DNA of 54,057 nt. Source: an uncultured Candidatus Saccharibacteria bacterium (GTDB lineage: Bacteria; Patescibacteriota; Minisyncoccia; HO2-45-28). The position numbers and the translations under genes are program-made. Below, piece after piece: positions 17,195 through 25,521 of the stretch. Each line of letters opens with the position of its first letter. Positions within the stretch are counted from its first letter, which is position 1. The stretch spans positions 1 to 54,057 of the forward strand of contig CAZNNT010000002.1 of the NCBI GenBank assembly GCA_964574495.1. The letters run 5' to 3'. Under the pieces are notes generated by a model. The model had not been told where the DNA came from. It did no database searches and was given only the letters and a program-made list of their open reading frames with translations.

Positions 17195-17740
17195 TTAGTC
17201 AGGGCCGGTCTGTTTGGCTGCCTCGGCCACTCGCCCCCTTTCTTCTCTTTCGGTGTAGTCGGAAGCATCCAGAAACGGTTGCCAGCAGTCCTCGAGGAAC
17301 GGGAACAGTTTCCTCATTCCTTCAACGAAAAGCGGCAACGACTCGTAGACACGTTGAACATTCCGATAAGGAATATCGAATTTCCCAAACTCTCTCTTGA
17401 ATCTGACCTCGCCGAAGCCGGTGTTTAGGCAGCACTCTGTCTCAAGGTATCCTTTTCCAGCAGGTCGGCCGCTGTTCCTGATAAAGTGCCATGTGCAACC
17501 AGGAAAATCTAGAGACCAGAATGTATCAATTTTAAATCTCTTTGAGAACTCTTCGCGCCAATCCTCTATCTCGTGTTTCTTTATCACGAAACCGAGGACG
17601 ATGCTGACCACAGAATTGATTTCTTGCCTCATGCGGTCAATGGCCTCGGAACCGACGACGAGCCGACGAACGATTTCTTTGCTATCCACTGTGTCCTCCT
17701 CCCCATCTCTGGGAAGCCCTCTCGGGCGGTTTTGGGGCAT
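17195..17740 (-). CDS. hypothetical protein (orphan between tRNA-Gly and tRNA-Pro)
   Basis: 181-aa ORF with its own terminator and somewhat GC-enriched codons. No family recognised. Start codon uncertain. Confidence 0.5.
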   Translation of the reverse strand: MPQNRPRGLPRDGEEDTVDSKEIVRRLVVGSEAIDRMRQEINSVVSIVLGFVIKKHEIEDWREEFSKRFKIDTFWSLDFPGCTWHFIRNSGRPAGKGYLETECCLNTGFGEVRFKREFGKFDIPYRNVQRVYESLPLFVEGMRKLFPFLEDCWQPFLDASDYTEREERGRVAEAAKQTGPD

Positions 17741-17838
17741 CTCTGCCCAGTTAATGAACTACGGTACGATTATACTACACTTTTTTAGTAATTGCAAGAG
17801 CAATAAAAATAGCCAAGCGTGAACTCTTTTTCCTTCGT

Positions 17839-17912
17839 TGGTCGGGGTGCCGAGAATCGAACTCGGTCTACCTGCTCCCAAAGCAGGCGTACTACCGGTA
17901 TACTACACCCCG
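17839..17912 (-). tRNA. tRNA-Pro (anticodon UGG), CCA encoded
   Basis: Acceptor CGGGGTG/CACCCCG, anticodon arm CCTGC-TTTGGGA-GCAGG, T arm CCGAG-TTCGATT-CTCGG. Confidence 0.9.
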
Positions 17913-17950
17913 GTGAATTTTATTGAATATGTTTCACGTTTTACACGGTT

Positions 17951-18346
17951 TTACAAACCTATATCCTCTGTAATTCTAATTTTAGCTTTTTTGGTTTCAA
18001 AATCAATGAAAACAGCGGCAATATCCACTTGCCATTCCATATCATCATCAATATCTTTGTCTAAAATATATGTCTGAATGGCGCGCGAAAGCCGTTTTAA
18101 TTTCCATGGATGCACATTTTCTTCCGGATCATAATTATCAGATGCCTGGTATTCGCCAGAATATGTTTCGCGTGAAACAGATTTGACCTCTATAAAATGC
18201 ACTATTCCATCCTTTTCGGCTATTACATCAATTTCCCCCCACTTTCTTAGATAATTTCTATCTAAAATCTTAAATCTGTGTTTCACGAGATGTTTTACGC
18301 AAAAATCTTCTCCTACATCTCCTATTTTTCTTTTTTCAGATGGCAT
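17951..18346 (-). CDS. yraN: YraN family (UPF0102) PD-(D/E)xK endonuclease-like protein
   Basis: GEDFCVKHLVKHRFKILDRNY...GEIDVIAEKDGIVHFIEVKS core motif. 131 aa. tRNA-Pro begins 38 nt downstream on the same strand. Confidence 0.8.
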   Translation of the reverse strand: MPSEKRKIGDVGEDFCVKHLVKHRFKILDRNYLRKWGEIDVIAEKDGIVHFIEVKSVSRETYSGEYQASDNYDPEENVHPWKLKRLSRAIQTYILDKDIDDDMEWQVDIAAVFIDFETKKAKIRITEDIGL

Positions 18347-18386
18347 TTTGTTTCACGTTTTACATTTTTACTTAATTTTCTGTATT

Positions 18387-18432
18387 GCCAAGAGCTAAGC
18401 TCTTGGCATATGACAAGAGCTTAGCTCTGGCC
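18387..18432. repeat. 21-nt palindrome copy C (exact) followed by a degenerate copy
   Basis: GCCAAGAGCTAAGCTCTTGGC at 18387-18407, then GACAAGAGCTTAGCTCTGGCC at 18412-18432. Half-sites GGGCTCTTGG / GCTCTTGGC also occur at 18839-18861. Confidence 0.8.
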
Positions 18433-18869
18433 AGCTGGTTGAGAACCAAACTCACAACTGCGATTTGTTTATTATTTGCTCGTGTAAATATATTGTCAAG
18501 TAAAAGGATGCTTTGTTTCACGTTTTACACTATCGGACATCATAATAATATCGGACACACTAGTTTCGGACTATGTCTATTATATATTTGTGCAAACAAA
18601 AAATGTAAAACGTGAAACAAATTTCATTTTTAACAAGATGTGTAAGATACGAATATAGATGTGGTCTACGCTATCAAATTTTTCTTTGCTTTGCATTCTG
18701 TAGCTTTACTGTGTCCACTGTGGCTTTAGCGAAGGTGGAACGAAGGATGTGGCGGCAAATTCTTTCAATTCTTTATGAAATTTATCAAAATTTCAAATAT
18801 AAAAAGTGAGAGCCCCGCGCGGAATTTCTTCCACGAAGGGCTCTTGGTTGAAGCTCTTGGCCTCAGATG

Positions 18870-19280
18870 TTATCGATCGCCCTGGTGAGGGAATCGCGTC
18901 CTCGGCATAGCGGACTCACTTTCATTCTCAAAAAACTTGAGAAGACCACTTGCTTTCCAAGTCGTTGGGCGTCTCATGCCTTCGGTCCGAAGCTCTCCCT
19001 CGAACCTCATACTACCTCCACGGGTGTCCGAGAAGTAGTAGATCGAGACTCGCTCTTTCCCGCGATGGGTCTTGACGATCCCCTCGATGTCCCAGATTTT
19101 CGCGCTGGGATGCCGCCTCCTTACGGAGATGATCTGAACGTCGTACCAGCCGAACGTGAGTTGTCCGCTGGCCCGAAACCTCACTGTCCGCGCACCCATA
19201 TCGGTGTCGAACAGGGAGAGCATCAGATCGAGCTTCGAGGGTCCTTGGTCGACTACGAATTCTTCGTTTCGGCGTGCCAT
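18870..19280 (-). CDS. hypothetical protein (high-GC3 orphan)
   Basis: ORF 18870..19298. Start at 19280 (MARRNEEF) preferred because of AAGGAGGTG upstream. Strongly G/C-ending codons compared with the neighbours. Confidence 0.55.
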   Translation of the reverse strand: MARRNEEFVVDQGPSKLDLMLSLFDTDMGARTVRFRASGQLTFGWYDVQIISVRRRHPSAKIWDIEGIVKTHRGKERVSIYYFSDTRGGSMRFEGELRTEGMRRPTTWKASGLLKFFENESESAMPRTRFPHQGDR

Positions 19281-19585
19281 ACGGCACCTCCTTCTCAATG
19301 TGCTGCGGAATCCTAGGTTGTGGCAGGATTCTAACCACCTGACCCTTTGTGGGGCGACCTATCCATTCGGATAGGAATTATACTTGTTTTATACACCTAT
19401 AGCTATACTTTGTCAAGCCCCAAAAAAACCAGCATTTCTGCTGTTTTTGTGGCCTAAATCTTACGAATTATATGATTAAAAATTTTCTTCCTTGCGCTTT
19501 TTTAAAATGTGCTTGCACTCCGAAGCTCCAAAAGAGCGAAGGAGTGGACCTGAGGGAAATCGAATCCCTGTCTCCGCAATGTTCA

Positions 19586-19697
19586 CCCCGTTAGACATTT
19601 TGGTGGACCTAGGCAGAATCGAACTGCCGTCTCGTCAATGCGAATGACGCGTCGTGCCACTAGACCATAGGCCCATAATATCCTATGTCTAACGGGG
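19586..19697. other. 112-bp segment bounded by perfect 13-bp inverted repeats (CCCCGTTAGACAT / ATGTCTAACGGGG) enclosing tRNA-Ala(CGC)
   Basis: Inverted repeats at 19586-19598 and 19685-19697, read directly. Confidence 0.8.
19601..19674 (-). tRNA. tRNA-Ala (anticodon CGC), CCA encoded
   Basis: Acceptor GGGCCTA/TAGGTCC with G3:U70, anticodon arm CGTCA-TTCGCAT-TGACG, T arm GGCAG-TTCGATT-CTGCC. Confidence 0.88.
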
Positions 19698-19809
19698 CGG
19701 ATGCGGTGTATTACCACTATACTACAGGCCCAGAAATCCCGAAGAAAATCGGATTTCCATGAGATGGACAAAATTAACTCTAACAAATTTTTGGATAAAA
19801 TAAAATCGC

Positions 19810-20703
19810 CTAAACTAGGCGATTCCATTTTTTCTCTTTTTGCCGGCGTTTTACAGCCAGCGTCGGAAACCACGGATAAGCGATAAAAACCGAACCAAAA
19901 CTGTGAGCAGAGGCGCCGATTTCTTCATTTTTTATGATATCTTCATAATCCCAGACAGGCATAATGATTGGAGTATTACAGCAATTCATCAGCTTTTTCG
20001 CCATATCCTCGTAAAACCATCTGACGATTTTTCCGGAAACCCCTCCGCCGCCATATTTTTTAAAATAACCGGAGCCATCGGGAAAAATTAAATTCCAAGG
20101 TATTGTGTTGAAAGAAATCGCGGCAACATATCTTTCTGCTTCGCGAGCAATTTGGCAAAAATTTTGGGCATAAGAGAGTTTGAGTATGATGGGGTGGCGG
20201 CAATTTTCGTAAAGCCGGCGGCAGGAGTCAATGGTTGATTCGGCATTTTCAGCCATTTCTTCTTCGGTGTTGGGACAGCTGGCATTAAGCTCCACCGCGG
20301 TCAGGGGGAGGGAATTAAACTCGCGCGTTATAGATGACAATTCAACGCCATATGAAGCAATTGAGAAAACGATGTCCCGATTAAAATCAATTTTTGCTAA
20401 ATATTTTGTTTTCCATCCTAAAAAACCCGGGTTTGGCAGGCCAAGACAATTTACAAATCCGCATAATTCATTATCTTCAAAAATCGGTCTCACCTTAAAC
20501 CAAGGAACTTGTCCGTTGCCCTGACGTCTGTTGGGCGTTACGGTTTTTAAAACAGCGCAGAAGAGCGACGGATCAAAACAGAATCTTGGCAAAAACCATC
20601 TTTCCCACGGCCAGCCGCGGCCATCAAACCCCAGTGAACCGGAGGAAGCAAAAAACTCGATTTCCAGATCTCCAAGTTTTACGGCCACGGCAATAGCCCC
20701 CAA
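19810..20703 (-). CDS. dihydroorotate dehydrogenase-like (class 1 DHOD/DHPD family) TIM-barrel flavoenzyme
   Basis: VELNASCPN motif and GGGGVSG near the C-terminus. 297 aa. No other pyr genes in the window. Confidence 0.7.
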   Translation of the reverse strand: MGAIAVAVKLGDLEIEFFASSGSLGFDGRGWPWERWFLPRFCFDPSLFCAVLKTVTPNRRQGNGQVPWFKVRPIFEDNELCGFVNCLGLPNPGFLGWKTKYLAKIDFNRDIVFSIASYGVELSSITREFNSLPLTAVELNASCPNTEEEMAENAESTIDSCRRLYENCRHPIILKLSYAQNFCQIAREAERYVAAISFNTIPWNLIFPDGSGYFKKYGGGGVSGKIVRWFYEDMAKKLMNCCNTPIIMPVWDYEDIIKNEEIGASAHSFGSVFIAYPWFPTLAVKRRQKEKKWNRLV

Positions 20704-20766
20704 ATATAAATAGCTTCTTGTTTATATATAACAAAAATTATATTCGGGTAGAAGTGGTCGGAAAAT

Positions 20767-21126
20767 TCATCGGCCGTGCTCTACGCAGGTTTTGGCTGTG
20801 GGGTTGGCTTCCAAACGTTTGGGGTCAATGGGTTTTTGGTCAATCGCGCAAAAGCCGTAAGTTCCTTTTCCTATTCTGTCTATCGCCTCGTTAATTTCAT
20901 TAAGTTTTGTTTCCAATTCAATTTCGCGCGCGGCGCGGTTGCCCATTTCTTCAAATTTATCCGCCATTTCACTGGCTTCGGATTCCTGTATGTTGAGGTC
21001 GGGCGGCGTTGGCTGCCAGTCCTTGGGATTGTCGGGAGCGATGCGCGCGATTGTCTTAAGTTCTCCTTCAACGCGAAGCCGCTCTTCCTCAAGTTTTTTT
21101 CTAAAATGACCAAGGTCTAGACCCAT
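20767..21126 (-). CDS. DksA/TraR family zinc-finger protein
   Basis: Coiled-coil N-terminal part and C-terminal GTYGFCAIDQKPIDPKRLEANPTAKTCVEH. Confidence 0.8.
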   Translation of the reverse strand: MGLDLGHFRKKLEEERLRVEGELKTIARIAPDNPKDWQPTPPDLNIQESEASEMADKFEEMGNRAAREIELETKLNEINEAIDRIGKGTYGFCAIDQKPIDPKRLEANPTAKTCVEHGR

Positions 21127-21159
21127 ATTTTAAAATAATAACATTAATTATTAAAAAAA

Positions 21160-22026
21160 TCATTTCGGCGGCAAAACGCTCATTTGTTTTATAACATTTT
21201 CCATCGCTTGAGGGGATTGGGCCAAAATCAAAAATTTCTGATTAAAAATTGAGTATCCCAAGATTGATTCCCCCTCTTTATTTTTTAAAAGCCGCGCGTC
21301 ATTGTTGGCGACCACCGAGTCAATGAAATTGTTTTCTCCCCGATCGTATGATAACCCCGGCCTTAAGAGGGGGAGTAAATCAACCGGCAAATTCGCCTCC
21401 CATTGCAGTAGTCCCGCGAAAGCCGAGGCATACGAATTTATTTCCGTTATTATAACGGTCTCGTTGCCTCTTGATGTGTCCATTATTCCAAAAGTGGACA
21501 ACCCGCCCACATTATTTGCCAGCAAAAGCGGCGGAGATATTCCCAAAAGATTAAAGAGGCCCTGGGCGTTTAAGAATTTGTTGTTATTTTTGTCAAAAAT
21601 TTTAACATATAGAAATTGACGGGGCAGGAGTTGGGCGTTAAAAAGATCGCGCCAGGAGGTCAAAAAGACATTTTTGTCGCCATTTTCAGTACTGACGGTA
21701 AATTCTTTTCCGGCCGCGATTAAAGATGGGGGTGTGGCCGTTTTTTGAGGCGCTAACGGCTCGCGAGCGGCCCTATTTAACCAAAAAATTCCCGCGGATA
21801 AAAGCGCGAGAATCAAAATGGCTGAAAAAATATAGGCGGGTCGTCTCAAGACGGAGCGGTTTTCCGGCCCTCCCGCTATTTCCCTTCTTTGGCGGATGGC
21901 GGCAAGGCCGGCTAGAGACAATTTTTTCTCTTTAACATAATCTTGGACATCTCCGGCCATAGTTCTTATGCCCGGTTTTTTAAGGCCGTTTGATTGCGGG
22001 GTTTCTTCCTTGTTTTCGCCGTTCAT
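21160..22026 (-). CDS. hypothetical single-pass membrane protein
   Basis: 288 aa with a TM segment (AYIFSAILILALLSAGIFWL) after a charged N-terminus. Tightly packed upstream of... downstream of pnp (pnp stop 22029, this start 22026). Confidence 0.6.
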   Translation of the reverse strand: MNGENKEETPQSNGLKKPGIRTMAGDVQDYVKEKKLSLAGLAAIRQRREIAGGPENRSVLRRPAYIFSAILILALLSAGIFWLNRAAREPLAPQKTATPPSLIAAGKEFTVSTENGDKNVFLTSWRDLFNAQLLPRQFLYVKIFDKNNNKFLNAQGLFNLLGISPPLLLANNVGGLSTFGIMDTSRGNETVIITEINSYASAFAGLLQWEANLPVDLLPLLRPGLSYDRGENNFIDSVVANNDARLLKNKEGESILGYSIFNQKFLILAQSPQAMENVIKQMSVLPPK

Positions 22027-22028
22027 TA

Positions 22029-24137
22029 TTATTCTTTTGACTTTTCTTTGTAGGCGCTTGCTTGTTTAATGGAAAGATTAACTCTCCCCAACTCATCTAT
22101 GCTTATTATTTTAACAGGAACTTCGTCGCCTATCTGCACCACATCGCGGACTTTATTCACTCTATACGGAGCGAGTTCCGAAATATGCACTAACCCTTCC
22201 TGTTTCGGGCCGATTTCAACCATGGCTCCGAATTCAAATATGCGGCTGACTTTTCCGACGAATTCTTCCCCCGCCAGATATTCGCGCGTAAGATTTTTTA
22301 TTATCTCAGCGGCTTTTTCGGCGGATTCCTGGTTTTTGCCGGTGATAAATATTTCGCCCGTTTGTTCAATGTCAATTTCGGCTCCGGTCTCGTCAATTAT
22401 TTTGTTTATGGTTTTTCCTCCAGGGCCGACCACATCTCTTATTTTATCCGGATTTATGTTTATGGTTATGATTTTAGGCGCGTAGGGAGATATGTTTTCT
22501 CTGGGATTGGACAGGGTTTCAAGCATCACTCCCATTATTTTTTTTCTTGCTTCAAGGGCGTCTTTAAAGGCGTCTTTGAGCATCTCAAGCGTAACTCCGT
22601 CCACTTTTACATCCATTTGAATGGCCGTTATTCCATTTTTGGTGCCCGCGGCTTTGAAATCCATGTCGCCGTGGTGGTCTTCCGGGCCCTGAAGGTCGGT
22701 AATAACTTTGAATTTTTTGCCGTCTTCCGACACCATAAGTCCCATAGCAATACCGGCTACCGGCTCTTTAATCGGAACGCCGGCATCCATTAGGGACAGG
22801 GTGGAAGCGCAAACCGAACCCATTGAGGTTGAGCCGTTTGAAGACATTGTTTCTGAAACCAGCCGGATGGTGTAAGGAAAAATTTCTTTGGGCGGGATGA
22901 CGGCTTCAAGCGCGCGCTCGGCCAAGGCGCCATGTCCGATTTCTCTTCGGCCGGGAGAACCCATTCTTCCCGTTTCGCCGGAAGAAAAGGGCGGAAAGTT
23001 GTAATGATGCATAAATCTTTTTTTAGCCCGCACCTCCATTCCTTCTATCAACTGCACGTCTCCGGGCGCGCCGAGCGTGGCCACCGACAATATGTGCGTT
23101 TCGCCTCTGAAAAATAAAGCCGAGCCGTGATTGCGTTGAAGAAATCCGACTTGGGCGTATAGCGGCCGGATCTCGGTCATTTTTCTGTGGTCGGGGCGCT
23201 TTTCATTTTCAATTATGTTTTTGTGGACTATTTCATCAATAGCTTTTTCGTAAAGGTCGTCAGCCGCGTCCGTAAAGCCGTTATATTGTTCTTTGGCCGA
23301 ATCCATCCACTCTTTTTTTAATTCCCCGAGCCGGGTGTTGCGGACGGGTTTGTCCGAGATGTAAATATAGTCCTCAAGGCGGGGTTTTATGTGTCGCCGA
23401 AAAAGTTCCAGCATTTCTTTCGGTTCTTCGGGAAATTCCAGCCGCATTTTTTCCTTGCCGACCTCGGATATTATTTTCTTCTGAAATTCCTCAATTTTGG
23501 CAAATTCCGGCAGGGCCTCTTCAAGCGCCAGCAGGATTTTCTTTTCCGGAACTTCTTTCGCGCCTGCTTCAAGCATATTTATTTTTCCGGATTTGGCGCA
23601 GGCGACCAAATCCAGTTCGGATTTTTCCTTTTCGGAATTGACGGGGTTAAAAATCACTTTGTCGGAAATCAGTCCCAAGCGTAGCGGGCTTACCGGTCCG
23701 TTCCACGGGATGTTGGAAGTCGCGACGGCCAAAGAAGCCGCGAGAACTCCGGCCACATCGGGGTCGTTTTCGCCGTCAATCGAAAGGGCCATCACCACCA
23801 CATGAACCTCGTTTCTTATTTTTTTATTAAAAAGCGGGCGCAGGGTCCGGTCTATCAGGCGACCGTTTAAAACGGCTTCTTCCGACGGCCGGCCTTCGCG
23901 GCGCACGAAACGCGAGCCCAAAATTTGCCCCGCCGCGTAAAATTTTTCTTCGTAGTCAACCGAAAGCGGGAAAAAATCAATGCCGGTCCTGGGGTTTTTG
24001 GACATGGTGGCTGTTGCGAAAACGATTGTTTCCCCGTAACGCACCAAAACCGAGCCGTTGGCCAGCGGCGCTAAGTCTGAAAATTCAACCTCAAGAGGCC
24101 GACCGGCTATTTGGGTCTCATATTTTTTGATTTGCAT
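22029..24137 (-). CDS. pnp: polyribonucleotide nucleotidyltransferase (PNPase)
   Basis: 702 aa with two RNase PH domains, a KH domain (GPGGKTINKIIDETG) and an S1 domain (GKVSRIFEFGAMVEI). Confidence 0.95.
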   Translation of the reverse strand: MQIKKYETQIAGRPLEVEFSDLAPLANGSVLVRYGETIVFATATMSKNPRTGIDFFPLSVDYEEKFYAAGQILGSRFVRREGRPSEEAVLNGRLIDRTLRPLFNKKIRNEVHVVVMALSIDGENDPDVAGVLAASLAVATSNIPWNGPVSPLRLGLISDKVIFNPVNSEKEKSELDLVACAKSGKINMLEAGAKEVPEKKILLALEEALPEFAKIEEFQKKIISEVGKEKMRLEFPEEPKEMLELFRRHIKPRLEDYIYISDKPVRNTRLGELKKEWMDSAKEQYNGFTDAADDLYEKAIDEIVHKNIIENEKRPDHRKMTEIRPLYAQVGFLQRNHGSALFFRGETHILSVATLGAPGDVQLIEGMEVRAKKRFMHHYNFPPFSSGETGRMGSPGRREIGHGALAERALEAVIPPKEIFPYTIRLVSETMSSNGSTSMGSVCASTLSLMDAGVPIKEPVAGIAMGLMVSEDGKKFKVITDLQGPEDHHGDMDFKAAGTKNGITAIQMDVKVDGVTLEMLKDAFKDALEARKKIMGVMLETLSNPRENISPYAPKIITININPDKIRDVVGPGGKTINKIIDETGAEIDIEQTGEIFITGKNQESAEKAAEIIKNLTREYLAGEEFVGKVSRIFEFGAMVEIGPKQEGLVHISELAPYRVNKVRDVVQIGDEVPVKIISIDELGRVNLSIKQASAYKEKSKE

Positions 24138-24140
24138 ATT

Positions 24141-24668
24141 TTATTGGTTCTTTTTTCGCGGAAGGTCTATCAAAAATTTCTGCGATTCTCCCAGGTCAAT
24201 AAATTCATCCGCTTTTTCTTTTAATTTGCCAGAAGCCGAGCGGCCGAAGGCCATCACTTCCACCTGATTGCCGAATGGGCCGTCTTTCAGATATTCAACC
24301 AGGGGCACAAAGTCGCCGTCTCCCGTTATCAGCACGATTGTGTCCACTCGCGGCGCGACTTTTACGGCGTCAACCGTAAGACCCACGTCCCAGTCGGCTT
24401 TTTTCATTCCGCCGGCAAAAATCTGCAGGTCTTTGAATTTCGGCTCAATCCCTATTTTGGTCAAGGCCTCAAAAAAGGCCGATTCTTCGCCGGTTTCTGT
24501 TTTTATGACATAGCCGATGGCCCGAATCAATTTTCGTCCGGCTAAAGCCGCTTTGAGCACCTCTTTAAAATTAACGCGCTTGCCGTAGAGATTGCGCGCC
24601 GAGTGGTACATATTTTGAACATCAATTAAAACCGCCACTCGCTGTTCGCGATGTTTTATAACCGTCAT
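24141..24668 (-). CDS. NYN domain (LabA-like) protein
   Basis: VAVLIDVQNMYHSA and ITGDGDFVPLVEYL motifs. 175 aa. Confidence 0.85.
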   Translation of the reverse strand: MTVIKHREQRVAVLIDVQNMYHSARNLYGKRVNFKEVLKAALAGRKLIRAIGYVIKTETGEESAFFEALTKIGIEPKFKDLQIFAGGMKKADWDVGLTVDAVKVAPRVDTIVLITGDGDFVPLVEYLKDGPFGNQVEVMAFGRSASGKLKEKADEFIDLGESQKFLIDLPRKKNQ

Positions 24669-24673
24669 ATTTT

Positions 24674-24940
24674 TTATTTTTTTAATCCGATTTTTTTAAT
24701 AATACTTGAATATCTTTTTTCGTCTTCGTTGGAGAGGTAGTTTAAGAGCGCCTTTCTTTTAGAAACCATTTTTAAGAGGCCGCGTCTGGAATGGACGTCT
24801 TTGGGGTGGTCTTTGAGGTGGGAGGTCAGGCGCTTGATTTCTTCGGTCAAAAGGGCGATTTGAACCTCGGAAGACCCCGTGTCTTTCTCATGGAGCTTAT
24901 ATTTTTCTATGACTTTTTGTTTGGTTTTAACAGCCAGCAT
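24674..24940 (-). CDS. rpsO: 30S ribosomal protein S15
   Basis: 88 aa with [49 protein letters not shown]. Confidence 0.95.
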   Translation of the reverse strand: MLAVKTKQKVIEKYKLHEKDTGSSEVQIALLTEEIKRLTSHLKDHPKDVHSRRGLLKMVSKRKALLNYLSNEDEKRYSSIIKKIGLKK

Positions 24941-25068
24941 ATTGTCTAAATTTTAGCATACTACCGACTTTTATTCAAGTATTTGACAAAAGACACCTAA
25001 TCGTATAAAATAGTGAAAGAGTACGGGCAACAAATCCTAACAGCCGAACGGCTAGAAAGGAAACGGCA

Positions 25069-25419
25069 ATGCGAACACCATTTGAAGTCGGGAAAGTGTG
25101 CGGACTTTTAAAGGCCGCGATGTTTTTGCTTGACCACAATGGCCAACCGTATCAGCGGGTTGGGGAAGCGCTGAAGCTGTTTGAATTTGGACCTGAGGGT
25201 TTTTGGCAAGATGACATTCAGAGTCTAGCCCTTTTGAACAATATCAAGGTTCAGGCGCAATCAAAGCTTCTGGACGCAATAAGTGAACTAAGGGCTTCTG
25301 ACACAATCAGCTTGGAGCTTTCTAAAGCATATGAACTTTCGTTTTCTGGAACTCAGGTCCCGGTTATTATTATTATCGCTTTCGCCGCCGATCATATTTC
25401 ACGATTGGGGACCCAGTAA
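25069..25419 (+). CDS. hypothetical protein
   Basis: 116 aa, weak RBS, followed by a terminator at 25445-25477. No family recognised. Confidence 0.45.
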   Translation: MRTPFEVGKVCGLLKAAMFLLDHNGQPYQRVGEALKLFEFGPEGFWQDDIQSLALLNNIKVQAQSKLLDAISELRASDTISLELSKAYELSFSGTQVPVIIIIAFAADHISRLGTQ

Positions 25420-25444
25420 TAAAAAGCGTCATTGTTTCCAGTGA

Positions 25445-25477
25445 AAACGGCCGAGCCCTGCTCGAGCCGTTTTTTTA
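25445..25477 (+). terminator. rho-independent terminator
   Basis: AAACGGCCGAG-CCCTG-CTCGAGCCGTTT followed by a T-run. Confidence 0.75.
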
Positions 25478-25521
25478 TTTAAATACAGGTTTTTGTAAGA
25501 GAAATCGTGTTATTATAAATT

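Larger units (their letters stand above)
17931..18618. repeat. four copies of the 15-mer GTTTCACGTTTTACA around yraN
   Basis: Exact copies at 17931-17945 (+), 18350-18364 (+), 18515-18529 (+) and 18604-18618 (inverted). The first two abut the stop and start of yraN. Confidence 0.8.
19545..19731 (-). tRNA. interrupted tRNA-Ala-like gene (G3:U70), split in the anticodon loop by a 112-bp insert carrying tRNA-Ala(CGC)
   Basis: The 5' half (19731 down to about 19698) gives acceptor GGGCCTG, D arm GTAT-AGTGGTA-ATAC and anticodon-stem CCGCA. The 3' half (about 19578 down to 19545) gives TGCGG, AGAC, T arm AGGGA-TTCGATT-TCCCT and acceptor CAGGTCC plus A. All four stems are complementary across the gap. 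No CCA encoded. Confidence 0.55.

Noticed and set aside
17838-18077. 79-aa plus-strand ORF starting inside tRNA-Pro, and the similar 19583..19873 ORF across the tRNA-Ala locus
   Set aside because: Both are built from tRNA antisense sequence and intergenic DNA, with no coding signal.
17931-18861. Possible CRISPR array, suggested by the repeated 15-mers, 21-mers and 23-mers
   Set aside because: The repeats are few, irregularly spaced, partly inverted and partly inside genes. There are no cas genes and no uniform repeat-spacer periodicity.
19586-19697. Group I or group II intron in the outer tRNA-Ala
   Set aside because: The insert is only 112 bp and is almost entirely a canonical tRNA. That is far too short, and it lacks the conserved intron core elements.
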